From IMG/VR virus record IMGVR_UViG_3300005326_000046, positions 1-64,000 of that record: a DNA stretch of 64,000 nt; one strand, written 5' to 3'. A program made the position numbers and the translations under genes. This DNA comes from a virus. Its lineage: Duplodnaviria; Caudoviricetes. The notes beneath the pieces were generated by a model. The model was not told the origin of the DNA. It made no database searches and worked only from the letters and a program-made list of their open reading frames with translations. This document shows, in pieces, positions 27,180 to 36,282 of the stretch (position 1 is its first letter; each line of letters starts with the position of its first letter).

Positions 27180-28895
27180 ATGATGAGCGACTTCGGGCCA
27201 GGTGATCGCGTGGTGTACGCCGGAAAGCTAGTTCCAGAATGGAAAGGGATGGTTGGAACGGTCTCGGAAATGTGGGATGGTGGCGATGGATGCTTGGTCA
27301 TATTTGACGACTACGGGGTCGGACGCTGGGGTATAGCATGCAAAAACCTTAGGCATCACACGGGGCACACGTTCCACGTCGGCGATCGCGTAAAGTACAT
27401 TGGCGACAAGGTGAAATGGAAGGGACACACTGGCACGATAACGGTACTGCGCGGCAATGATAACGACGGACCGTATGTCGAGATAAAGTGGGATGACCCG
27501 CCGTACGGCTGCGACGCAACCGCCGCGCCCTACGAGAAGAACCTCATGCGCATCGACGAACCGCGCCCCTTCAAGGTCGGTGATCGTGTGCGGTACCGTG
27601 GCACGTTCTCGTATGAATTGGAAGGGAGAATTGGAACGGTTGTAACCAGATGGGAAAATGGTGACGGTGCCAGAATTATATTCGATGGCGATACTAGAGA
27701 ACATTCCGTGGCATCCATAAGCATCGAGCACTACAAGGACCCTGGTCCGGCGTTCCATGTAGGCGATCGTGTCACGTGTGTTGGGACCTATCGCGCCAAG
27801 GATAGCAAGAACGGAACGATCAAGCGGCTATGGGAGTCTGGCACGGGCGCAGATGTTCAGTTTGATGGCGACAAGTACACGATAGGGGCACGGTTCTGCG
27901 ACCTTGCCCACTACAAGGACCCCGTGGCGAAGTTAGCGGTTGGTGATCGCGTGCGGTACGTGGGGCACGTGAAAGAGTGGTCGGGGTTTGTCGGCACGGT
28001 GAAGGGGTTCGACGCCTGGCATATTCACGTTTGGGTGAAGTGGGACGATGCGTCCTTCGGCCTCAACTCAATCATGAATGAGTACCTTGTGCCAGATAAC
28101 AGCGAGCAGCCCGCCGCGCATCCACCATTCAAGCAGGGCGATCGCGTCAAGATCATGGATCCTGGTAGTCCATTCAATTTTCAACTTGGCACGGTGAGGT
28201 TCTTCAGCGACACGAAGGTATACGTCAGGCCAGACACAGCCAACATGGCCTATGGATTCCATGACTGCCACCTGATGCATCTTCCCGCGCACGTGAGCAA
28301 CCACCGGTGCACGATGGACTCCAGCGCGCAATACGTCGATAGGCGCGAGTTGCCAACTGAACACACTGTGACCGTTACCGTCAAGCCGTCGCCGTGGTTG
28401 CGCAAGGCTATTGACAACCTGGCGAAGAAGATGGACGCTGAGGTCAAGAAGGGGCTTGCCGGGCAGGTGGCAGACGCAGAGGCGGAGATGTGCGAGCTAC
28501 GGAAGCGGGTTGAAGAGACACTTGCAGAGAACAACCGCCTGAATGCAGACTGCGACAAACGGCGCGGCGAGAACAAATACCTGAACCAGGAATGCAACCG
28601 CTGGCACGATCGGTTTTACGAAGCGCTTGACGAGCGCGACGCGCTGCGCGCCGAGAACGCGAAGCTGAAGGACGAAGCCAAGACAGACGAAGAGCGTATT
28701 GTCTATCTAACCAAGGCCCGCTCAGAGTTAGCTGATTCGTGGAGCAAAACTTGTAGGCGACTAGATCGTGCCATGCGCGTCGTAGAAGCCGTTGCGGACC
28801 TTCCGTCCGATGGCGGATTCGTGGTCTGGACAGACGCGGAGCGTGTCATCGAATCAGCGCGTGAAGTCATTGCGGCCAACGGGGATGTGTGCTAG
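27180..28895 (+). CDS. Six tandem SH3/KOW-like repeats plus coiled coil
   Basis: FxVGDRVxYxG...GTV...V.F/WD repeated six times; long coiled coil in the C-terminal third. Confidence 0.8.
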   Translation: MMSDFGPGDRVVYAGKLVPEWKGMVGTVSEMWDGGDGCLVIFDDYGVGRWGIACKNLRHHTGHTFHVGDRVKYIGDKVKWKGHTGTITVLRGNDNDGPYVEIKWDDPPYGCDATAAPYEKNLMRIDEPRPFKVGDRVRYRGTFSYELEGRIGTVVTRWENGDGARIIFDGDTREHSVASISIEHYKDPGPAFHVGDRVTCVGTYRAKDSKNGTIKRLWESGTGADVQFDGDKYTIGARFCDLAHYKDPVAKLAVGDRVRYVGHVKEWSGFVGTVKGFDAWHIHVWVKWDDASFGLNSIMNEYLVPDNSEQPAAHPPFKQGDRVKIMDPGSPFNFQLGTVRFFSDTKVYVRPDTANMAYGFHDCHLMHLPAHVSNHRCTMDSSAQYVDRRELPTEHTVTVTVKPSPWLRKAIDNLAKKMDAEVKKGLAGQVADAEAEMCELRKRVEETLAENNRLNADCDKRRGENKYLNQECNRWHDRFYEALDERDALRAENAKLKDEAKTDEERIVYLTKARSELADSWSKTCRRLDRAMRVVEAVADLPSDGGFVVWTDAERVIESAREVIAANGDVC

Positions 28896-28933
28896 AATAG
28901 CCACAGCCTCGTGTACCATGTGTACAAGGAGAT

Positions 28934-28969
28934 CAGACGGCGCCGCGGAGATCGCGGCGTCGTCTGTTT
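28934..28969 (+). terminator. Intrinsic terminator-like hairpin ending the + strand block
   Basis: CAGACGGCGCCGCG-GAGAT-CGCGGCGTCGTCTG followed by TTT. Confidence 0.6.
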
Positions 28970-29007
28970 CGGAGATTGACGGGCCGTGGTATGATTGGGT
29001 TGGCTCC

Positions 29008-29064
29008 CCCAGTTGCTTCGGTGGCTGGGCGCGACGGCTCTCCACGTGGGAGCCGTCTGCTTTT
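29008..29064 (+). terminator. Tandem hairpins (UUCG-capped, then GC stem plus T-tract)
   Basis: CCCAGTTGC-TTCG-GTGGCTGGG (29008-29029); GACGGCTC...GAGCCGTC (29033-29057) then TGCTTTT. Confidence 0.55.
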
Positions 29065-29101
29065 GTGGAAGTGAGATTTATAGGGCGTCTAAAGAGTGCA
29101 C

Positions 29102-29767
29102 TCAGGCGCTCTTTGCGTTCTGCATCTCGCCAATCAACACAGTTTTCGATTCCAGGCCACACCGACAGTTAGTCATGCATTGTGAGTTTTCCCCTGGAAT
29201 TGGGAGTACCCCGTGTGGCTGCCATCCTTGCCCTGCGTAGTCCAAACATGATGGGCAATGCTCCGCCGTGCCAAGCACCCTTCGTTCGATGATAGTATAT
29301 CCCGGCTTGGGTATTGGATAGTTGCCGCGATACGTATGCCAGTACTCGCGCCGCGCATTGCCCATGTACATGCCGGCGCGATTCAGCGCCTGTGCCTCAC
29401 TGATCTTGCCAGAAATGATGTCCTGCGCAAAGCCGTTGATCCGGCGATAGTCCGCCTGCAGGATGCCACCCATCCGCCCATAGTCCGCTTGTGTCAGGCG
29501 ATCCCACCCGCCCGCGCCGAGCGCCCCAAACTGCAGGTGAGCCTGGAGCAACTCTGCCCGGAAGCGCGCCGTAAATACAGATGGCGAGATCTGCCCACTC
29601 ATGAACGCCTGCGTCAAGCGCCCTACTTCCATCTCGCGCTGTAGGACTTCGCCGTCAAGTAGGCTCAGAATGCTAGAACGCGCCACGAAGCGGCCCGTCT
29701 TGTTGGAGATGTAGCGCGCGGCAGACTTGTTGTAGCGGTATCCTGGCAGTACTTCGTCAAGCGGCAT
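29102..29767 (-). CDS. Head morphogenesis / minor capsid protein (Mu gpF-like)
   Basis: Downstream of portal; ERRVLGTAEHCPSC...PIPGENSQCMTNCRC. Confidence 0.7.
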   Translation of the reverse strand: MPLDEVLPGYRYNKSAARYISNKTGRFVARSSILSLLDGEVLQREMEVGRLTQAFMSGQISPSVFTARFRAELLQAHLQFGALGAGGWDRLTQADYGRMGGILQADYRRINGFAQDIISGKISEAQALNRAGMYMGNARREYWHTYRGNYPIPKPGYTIIERRVLGTAEHCPSCLDYAGQGWQPHGVLPIPGENSQCMTNCRCGLESKTVLIGEMQNAKSA

Positions 29768-30056
29768 TGGCGGTCCTCATCTGTTCATCATCGCGCGCAT
29801 CCAACAGGCGCTTGGCCCAGTTCGGGACCGTCTCGCGCGCATACCAGTCCGTGCGTGCATCCTGGACGGTCACTTGTGTGATCTGCGCGTCCTCTGGCGC
29901 GGCCTCAGGGCCAGGCAGCCACGTCGCCGGATCTTCACCTTGCGGCAAGTTGCGCAAAACCCATTGCACGGCGGCTTCAGCCTCAGCCAATGATGTACCA
30001 ATCTCCAGCAATGCAGCAAGTTGCGCTTCGGCCCACTTCTGATGCAGTGGCGGCAT
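29757..30056 (-). CDS. Hypothetical protein between portal and head morphogenesis gene
   Basis: Start MPPLHQ overlaps portal stop. Confidence 0.6.
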   Translation of the reverse strand: MPPLHQKWAEAQLAALLEIGTSLAEAEAAVQWVLRNLPQGEDPATWLPGPEAAPEDAQITQVTVQDARTDWYARETVPNWAKRLLDARDDEQMRTANAA

Positions 30057-31651
30057 TAGTAGCCCCCTCCCAGCGTGCGCGCGGCGGCCATAAAGATCGC
30101 GTCCATTTCCTCGCGCGAGTCTGCCCCTACCAGATTCCATAACCGCTTGGGTGGTTCTTGCTGTGCATCGGACTGCGCGCCGTTAGCGTTTACGCTTGCA
30201 TTGCTAGCGCGAGCATCCCGGTTCGCTACAGTGCCCGCCGCGGCCCCAAATAGTTCTTGTGGTGCAACAATTGGGGCGTTTGGATCGTTATTGGTACTAG
30301 ATGACGTCGCGCCGCTTTTACCCACTTCTGCGAGCAATTTGTCGCCACCATCCTCCAGTGGATCGAGTTTGGCAAACTTGCGCATCTCGTTAACGGTGAT
30401 GACCTTCTCCATCACGGCGATAGGCACATTGCCCCACGGCGCGTCGTCATAGCCAATCGCAGAACGCACCTCGTTGGGGGTGACGACCGATGAACGCAGA
30501 TTCATTTCGCGTTCGGCGACTTCCTGCGCTGCGTCGCGTGGCACAACGTCAAGACACCGCAACTCCGCGTTGTCTGGATACAAACTCATCAGTTCAGCGT
30601 TCAGGCGCTCGATGATGCGCGTCAGCATGGGTAGCAGCGTGTACTTGGCAAACAGGTATTCGCCAGTCTGGGCATTGGCGCGATTGACGTCTTCAGCCAT
30701 CAGCAAGGCGGGATGCACACGCTGGGTCAAAAACGAATCCTGCCGATTCATCTTGCGGCCCTCGATGTACTCCGCGTCGCGCAAGTTCATGCCGAGATCT
30801 TTGAACTTGAAGCCGTCCCACAGAAAGGCGAGCTGTCCGGCCTTGTCTGGGTTGCCCGTGTAGGTGTCTTGCCAGTACTGCTCCATCATCTCCTTCTGGT
30901 CAGGCTTGAAGGTCTCCTTGTCGCTCTCGACAACCCCGGAAATGCGCGCCGAGTTCTTGAATGTTGCCAAGTTGTGCCGTTGTGCGGCGACATCGGCAGA
31001 CAGCGCATAGGATGCCGGTTCTATTGGGGAGAGGCCGGCGAAGTCATTGAGAGGATGGAATGTGCGCAGATGGATGACGTCCTCGGTCAGGATGGGAAAT
31101 TCCTTGCCGCCAACCTCGTAGTTGTAATAGACGACGCCATCCGCGTTGCTGCCAACTGGCGTGATGCGGTCCGGGCGCAAGGGCAAGAGCATCATGGGCG
31201 GGCGCTTGGGGGACGATCTGCCACCCATGTACAAATACGCATTGCCGGCCAGTCGCAATGACGACACGATGCTTTCGATGACCGTGAACTTGTCCAGCGA
31301 TAACCACTCCATGTTGGGCGCGGGCTTGCGCAGCAGTTCCAGCACGGGGTGTTCGTAGAGCCGCTCGGCGTCCTCTTCCTTGCCCGCGAACACGGCGATA
31401 TCGGTCATGGCGGCGGCTTCAGCCAGCAGCGATACGGCCGCATACATGGATGGGGCACGGCGATAATACTCCGCCTGGCGCGCGTACGTGAAGGGCTCGG
31501 GCACACCATCGCCATAGGCGGCCATGCCCCCCATCTGCGACCACCAGGGTACGAGTTGCCCCGTCCTGGTCTTGCCGACAATCTCCGCCTTGGGCTCCAG
31601 GCCAAAAAGCGCCAATGCCCGATCGACCGTAGACATGAAGTTAGCTGCCAT
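30056..31651 (-). CDS. Portal protein (HK97 family)
   Basis: SSLRLAGNAY; LLPLRPDRI; EDVIHLRTFHPLNDFAGLSPIE; VVTPNEVRSAIG. Confidence 0.92.
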   Translation of the reverse strand: MAANFMSTVDRALALFGLEPKAEIVGKTRTGQLVPWWSQMGGMAAYGDGVPEPFTYARQAEYYRRAPSMYAAVSLLAEAAAMTDIAVFAGKEEDAERLYEHPVLELLRKPAPNMEWLSLDKFTVIESIVSSLRLAGNAYLYMGGRSSPKRPPMMLLPLRPDRITPVGSNADGVVYYNYEVGGKEFPILTEDVIHLRTFHPLNDFAGLSPIEPASYALSADVAAQRHNLATFKNSARISGVVESDKETFKPDQKEMMEQYWQDTYTGNPDKAGQLAFLWDGFKFKDLGMNLRDAEYIEGRKMNRQDSFLTQRVHPALLMAEDVNRANAQTGEYLFAKYTLLPMLTRIIERLNAELMSLYPDNAELRCLDVVPRDAAQEVAEREMNLRSSVVTPNEVRSAIGYDDAPWGNVPIAVMEKVITVNEMRKFAKLDPLEDGGDKLLAEVGKSGATSSSTNNDPNAPIVAPQELFGAAAGTVANRDARASNASVNANGAQSDAQQEPPKRLWNLVGADSREEMDAIFMAAARTLGGGY

Positions 31652-31835
31652 CGTTCGCCTCTACTTTCGTCGCGTAGCGGCTCATGATCGCGCCCGCAAT
31701 CAAGGCGACGATCAACCATGCCACCAGCGCAAACACGCACCACCAATCCAGGTAGATCACGCGCAGGAGCATCAGCCACACCAGCGCGAAGATGCTAGTC
31801 CAACTCAGGGTCGCTACCAGCTTTGTTATCCGCAT
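31641..31835 (-). CDS. Small two-TM protein between terminase and portal
   Basis: Two hydrophobic helices, usual position. Confidence 0.65.
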   Translation of the reverse strand: MRITKLVATLSWTSIFALVWLMLLRVIYLDWWCVFALVAWLIVALIAGAIMSRYATKVEANDGS

Positions 31836-33300
31836 CCTTCTTGCCGTACCTTTCCTTCAGCCAGTCCAGCATGGACTTGCCGGTGTTCCTGGACGCGATC
31901 ACGGCCAACGCGAACGCGTCTGCTCGATCGTCATGCTGTCCCGGTGGCGCAAGCAACGTTGACCCGTCAATACTAGCCAACTCTTCATAGGTGGCGCTGT
32001 TGTGCACCAGACAGGCCTGATCCTTGAACGCGTCTGCGCATGCGTCATACAGCAACGCCTTACCCTTCGAATTGTTCAGCCAGCCGCGCTTTCCGTCGTA
32101 GCCGTTTTCTAGTACGACCTCGGGTGCATTGTCGTGCAACCACAGCAACACCGCGTGACCGTGGTTGTTCCGCTCCACGAGCACGTTTGCCCGGTTGTAC
32201 CACTTTGACAACGCGTTGAGTGTGGCCCCAAACTGCGATGGTTGCAGGTGCTCGGCCAGGCTTGCTACCTGCTCGCCAGTGTCGGCATCAATTACCTCCA
32301 GCGCCGAATTGTCGCTGGTTGGATTGCCTTCTGCCGGATCCCCGCCGATACCGTAACTTCTGCCTGGCATAGGCGGCCTGAATACTCGCAATCCCGGCAA
32401 TGACGGCACGTCAAATAGTGCGCCATCGTTCACCCCGACCTGAACCAGCGGGCGCAACTCTTCGTAGCACTGCATCAGCCATTCGGGCGGGATCCGCTTG
32501 TCCAGCGTCTTGGCGGCCAAGGCCTCTTCTGGCGTGTCTGGGTACTCCTGCCACAGTTCGTCTTTCGCGCCCGTCCGAGCTAAGACATCGCGCTTCTGCG
32601 CCTCGTACCATTCCTGTGTGCGCTCGGGTCGCGCCCGCCAAGACAGAAATACCGGCTTGTAGTCGTTTTCGCCCCTGCGCGCCGCTTCGTAAATGCGCTT
32701 GAATGCCGACAAGGGCGTCTTCTTGTTGACCGTACTGAGCAGCGCCAGCTGTCCGCCCGCGTCCACCGTGGGCTTGACGTCCGTCAGCAACCCGTTCAGA
32801 TCCTCAATGATGTCGGCTTCGTCAATAATCGCCAATGACGCTGTATACGATCGCCCGCCCGTGGTCGGAAAGGCCAGGGCGCGCGATCCATTGTTGAGCC
32901 GTAGCTCATGCGTTGACCGGCTACGCGTGCCCGTGCGCATCCAATCCGGCAACCGGTCATACATGCCAGTCAGCCGGAAGTAGAGCAACTCCACCGCCTC
33001 ATCGTCACGGCGCGAAAACAAGAGCACGGTCGCGGCCGGATGAAACACCATGAGCCACAGTGCATACGCCAGCATCAGCCACGACAAGCCCAACTGCCGC
33101 GCCTTGAGAATGACAATCAGCTTGCTTAGCCTAACATCCTCCAACACGCGCTCTTGCGCCGGCCACAAGTCGAACGGCAGCCAATCTTCTTTCTTGTGCG
33201 CATCGTAGATCTTGACATAATCGCGCACGAAGTGAACTAGATCATTCTTGCAGCGTTCCCAGTCCGCCTGATGTTCGCCGTGTTCCTCTTCGATGAGCAT
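31795..33300 (-). CDS. Terminase large subunit
   Basis: ILKARQLGLS (Walker A); AIIDEA (Walker B); GIGGDPAEG; VERNNHG; HDDRADAFALA (nuclease). Confidence 0.93.
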   Translation of the reverse strand: MLIEEEHGEHQADWERCKNDLVHFVRDYVKIYDAHKKEDWLPFDLWPAQERVLEDVRLSKLIVILKARQLGLSWLMLAYALWLMVFHPAATVLLFSRRDDEAVELLYFRLTGMYDRLPDWMRTGTRSRSTHELRLNNGSRALAFPTTGGRSYTASLAIIDEADIIEDLNGLLTDVKPTVDAGGQLALLSTVNKKTPLSAFKRIYEAARRGENDYKPVFLSWRARPERTQEWYEAQKRDVLARTGAKDELWQEYPDTPEEALAAKTLDKRIPPEWLMQCYEELRPLVQVGVNDGALFDVPSLPGLRVFRPPMPGRSYGIGGDPAEGNPTSDNSALEVIDADTGEQVASLAEHLQPSQFGATLNALSKWYNRANVLVERNNHGHAVLLWLHDNAPEVVLENGYDGKRGWLNNSKGKALLYDACADAFKDQACLVHNSATYEELASIDGSTLLAPPGQHDDRADAFALAVIASRNTGKSMLDWLKERYGKKDADNKAGSDPELD

Positions 33301-33301
33301 C

Positions 33302-33934
33302 TCACCGAGGATCAACGGCAACGAGTCTTGTAAGCCCTTCGCTGATTGCAATGAGAGCATCGCGGTCCTTCACGTGTTCCTTGACCAGGCCGGCAATGGC
33401 GGCTATCAGCACCATGGCCTTTTCCGCCGATATCATCTGCTGCATTTCGACAAGCCGCTTGCGCTCTGACTCCACCAACTGTTTACGCATAATAAGCGTG
33501 GACCGTATGTCTATCCAGGCGGCATTGTCTTCGAAGCCATTCTTGATCAACGCGCCGATGGCGTTCAGCGCCTTGGCCTGCGCGGCGTGGTCACCGTCCT
33601 GTCTCGCCGCAACCATCTCGTACCACGTGACCTGTAGGCTTTTCCAGATGGCGCCGGATTCGCCGGTGTCCACCCGTAGCAACAAGTCGGCAAGCCGGGC
33701 ATCCACAACGGCAATCTGGTCGCGCAGCTCCAGCAAGTTGTTATCGGCCAGCGCATCGTTGTAGCGCTCCATCAGCCGAGCCGGTAGGTACTTCGAGTAC
33801 TTGCCGGTTTTGAACGACGGGGACGCCACACCAGACAGTGACTTTCCGCCGTGCACGTAACACACATTCTTGCCAACCATCGCGTGACGGGTACATTGTT
33901 TCCCCGTGCTCTTGGCTTTTGCGGTGCACTGCAT
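33302..33934 (-). CDS. Terminase small subunit (HGG zinc-finger type)
   Basis: CTAKAKSTGKQCTRHAMVGKNVCYVHGGKS; directly upstream of the large subunit. Confidence 0.8.
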   Translation of the reverse strand: MQCTAKAKSTGKQCTRHAMVGKNVCYVHGGKSLSGVASPSFKTGKYSKYLPARLMERYNDALADNNLLELRDQIAVVDARLADLLLRVDTGESGAIWKSLQVTWYEMVAARQDGDHAAQAKALNAIGALIKNGFEDNAAWIDIRSTLIMRKQLVESERKRLVEMQQMISAEKAMVLIAAIAGLVKEHVKDRDALIAISEGLTRLVAVDPR

Positions 33935-33995
33935 TATGAGGTCTCGACTCTACTATGGGGTGCATCCCCCCTATAAACCAACCCAAAATTCACTC

Positions 33996-34024
33996 TTGAC
34001 ATTCACCCTCACCTATGCTATTAT
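33996..34024 (+). promoter_or_regulatory. sigma70-type promoter
   Basis: TTGACA-17 bp-TATTAT. Confidence 0.75.
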
Positions 34025-34056
34025 GTTTCTAGCAATTACATTCTCGGAGGTGAAAC

Positions 34057-34269
34057 TTGGATGATGCACTCACGAACACGATAGGCACAGAAGAAGCCGC
34101 GGCTTTCCTTGGCCTGTCGCAAGCTGGCGTGCGGTACCACCTGTACCGCGTCAAGGACCTGCGCCCCGACTTCAGGGACGGGAACAAGATTCTCTTCCTG
34201 AAGGATACGCTTGTCGAGTTCAACAAACGCAAGCGCAAACCAGGGCGTCCGGGCCTAGAACCAGACTGA
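34057..34269 (+). CDS. Small HTH (excisionase/MerR-like) DNA-binding protein
   Basis: IGTEEAAAFLGLSQAGVRYH...LFLKDTLVEF. Confidence 0.8.
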   Translation: MDDALTNTIGTEEAAAFLGLSQAGVRYHLYRVKDLRPDFRDGNKILFLKDTLVEFNKRKRKPGRPGLEPD

Positions 34270-34287
34270 CCGCTTGACATAAGGGAA

Positions 34288-34563
34288 TCAGTGCTTAGTT
34301 GCACTGGAACCCCATAGCGTCTTGCGGATGACGTCTGGAATGCTAACGGGTTTGCGGATTACTCGCATGCTCCGGCTTGCGTTTGCCTCAATGGCGGCCT
34401 TTTCCTCGTGGTATACCTGTAGGCCGCGACCCAGCACCATGAGCACCAGGACAACGATGGGTAACCATGGGGCAGCCGGGAAGAGTTGGGGCAGTTGGTC
34501 CACCAGCAGCGCGATAACCGCAATCCAGACGGCGTTAGGGATTTCGGGTAGTTTGATGCGCAT
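34288..34563 (-). CDS. Small two-TM protein (holin-like)
   Basis: Two hydrophobic segments and a basic tail; GGAGG RBS. Confidence 0.55.
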   Translation of the reverse strand: MRIKLPEIPNAVWIAVIALLVDQLPQLFPAAPWLPIVVLVLMVLGRGLQVYHEEKAAIEANASRSMRVIRKPVSIPDVIRKTLWGSSATKH

Positions 34564-34654
34564 GTGTCAAGTACCTCCATGCGCAGTATAGCACATGGTG
34601 TTGAAAAACACACTATGTCAATTTCACGTCAGGTAGATTCACAAGGAGAGAGAG

Positions 34655-35350
34655 ATGGCAGTAAAGACACATGGTTATCGGCTGCACGTGGAGTTCATTA
34701 CTCCCGTGCTTGGGACTCAGTCAACGCGTGAAGTAGCGACCGAGTTTATCGCCAAGAAGTCCGGCTTCGAGATCCCCCAGGATGAACAGGAAACACTCCC
34801 CGAAGCGCTGGAACGCGGAACCACCGTCTTTCACCGCAAAGACGACAAGCCGGTCTACTACGATTATCACATCCTCGGATTCCTGCGTGAAGCCGGATCT
34901 GTCCTCAATGGCAAGGTGACCGGTGGCGTCAAGAATCTCCGCAGTAAGGTTGAGAATAACGTCTTTGCGTTCCCCCGGCAGATTGAGCTACACGTGCCCG
35001 ATGGAGCGGACTACGAGCCTTACAACGAGCGTGCGCTTCGAGCCAAGACGGCGCGGGGACCGCGCGTTACCCTCGTGCGATCCGAGCAGTTGCCAGAAGG
35101 CACGTGGTTTGACGCCATGCTGGAAGTGATCGACGGCGAGATCACAGAGAACGTCCTGCGCGACTTGTTCGACTTCGGTTATTTGCGCGGCTTCGGTCAG
35201 TGGCGCACGGGTTGCTGGGGCCGGTTCGTGTACACGTTGACCAGCGACGAAGAGAAGCCAAAGGCCAAGGCAAAGAAGGTCGCGACGGATGATTCCGTCA
35301 CGACTATCTCGGGGATCCCCGTCATGCTGATGGAGGCACAACATGGATGA
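34655..35350 (+). CDS. Solitary Cas7-like RAMP protein (Vipr-like)
   Basis: YRLHVEFITPVLGT (RRM beta1); PVYYDYHILGFLREA; ERALRA; SEQLPEGTWFDAMLEV; Gly-rich loop GFGQWRTGCWGRF; no other cas genes in the window. Confidence 0.8.
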   Translation: MAVKTHGYRLHVEFITPVLGTQSTREVATEFIAKKSGFEIPQDEQETLPEALERGTTVFHRKDDKPVYYDYHILGFLREAGSVLNGKVTGGVKNLRSKVENNVFAFPRQIELHVPDGADYEPYNERALRAKTARGPRVTLVRSEQLPEGTWFDAMLEVIDGEITENVLRDLFDFGYLRGFGQWRTGCWGRFVYTLTSDEEKPKAKAKKVATDDSVTTISGIPVMLMEAQHG

Positions 35351-35600
35351 TGGTTCAGAATATGAATACGTTGATACGGTTCGAGTGCACTTTTATGTGA
35401 TTGATGACGAAGCGCGAGCATTGCGTAAGCTTGCCTATCTTGAATTGCGCACACCGCGCGACCAGGTGCGTTTCATGTTACGCCAGGAGCTTACGCGGCG
35501 CGGTTTGTTGCCGGTTGCGAAGGCCGCCGCGGATGACTCGACTACGACCAGCGCGGGCGTGCCCGTCATGGTGATGGAGATGAGCGATGCCGAAGTATGA
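35343..35600 (+). CDS. Ribbon-helix-helix-like DNA-binding protein
   Basis: VRVHFY strand, then DEARALRKLAYLE and PRDQVRFMLRQEL helices. Confidence 0.55.
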   Translation: MDDGSEYEYVDTVRVHFYVIDDEARALRKLAYLELRTPRDQVRFMLRQELTRRGLLPVAKAAADDSTTTSAGVPVMVMEMSDAEV

Positions 35601-36282
35601 CATTGGCAGCAAGGTGGCTTACAGGCACGAAGATGGCCGGCGCGTCGTCGGGCACGTGGTTGACTACTCGCCACATAGCGATCACTACACGATTCGCTTG
35701 CCAGAAGAACTGGTAACCGTCGACTCCGAGAACATCACTGCTGTGCCGAAGTACAACGTCGGCGACAAACTCAAGTACCGCAGTTCCGTAGGGTTCATAA
35801 TTCCATGCACCGTGATTGCTGTCCACGAGCATGGTAAATTCGGACGCAAGTATGAGGTTCGGTTGGAAGGAAACCGGTGGCAGAATATCCCCATGCATCT
35901 TTGCGAAGAAGACATCGTAGACACACCAAGTGAAAACCCAGTGCCGCCTGTGGGCTCACGCGTCTTCTATCATGACTTCTCACATGCCGAGAGCGCGTGG
36001 AGCGGCAGGCTTGGTACTGTTGTTGGTCTTGCGGTGGGTGGTGTTCATGTGCAATTTGACGGCGAGAAAGACACGTGGAACTTGGAAACGGCCAAGGTGC
36101 ACCTGGTTGACGACGCTTATGGATTGTTTGCGAACAACGACGCCCTCAAGTTAGCCAACAAGGAGATCGTTGTCCTCCGCGACGCGCTAAACTCCGCGAA
36201 CACTGAAGCAAACACGCTGCGCCGTTGTGTCGACAGAATTCATAGGCTTACCCATGAAGCACTGGGCCTAGATGATGACTAG
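35587..36282 (+). CDS. Three SH3/KOW-like repeats plus coiled coil
   Basis: YDIGSKV, YNVGDKL, PPVGSRV repeats; helical C-terminus. Confidence 0.7.
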   Translation: MPKYDIGSKVAYRHEDGRRVVGHVVDYSPHSDHYTIRLPEELVTVDSENITAVPKYNVGDKLKYRSSVGFIIPCTVIAVHEHGKFGRKYEVRLEGNRWQNIPMHLCEEDIVDTPSENPVPPVGSRVFYHDFSHAESAWSGRLGTVVGLAVGGVHVQFDGEKDTWNLETAKVHLVDDAYGLFANNDALKLANKEIVVLRDALNSANTEANTLRRCVDRIHRLTHEALGLDDD

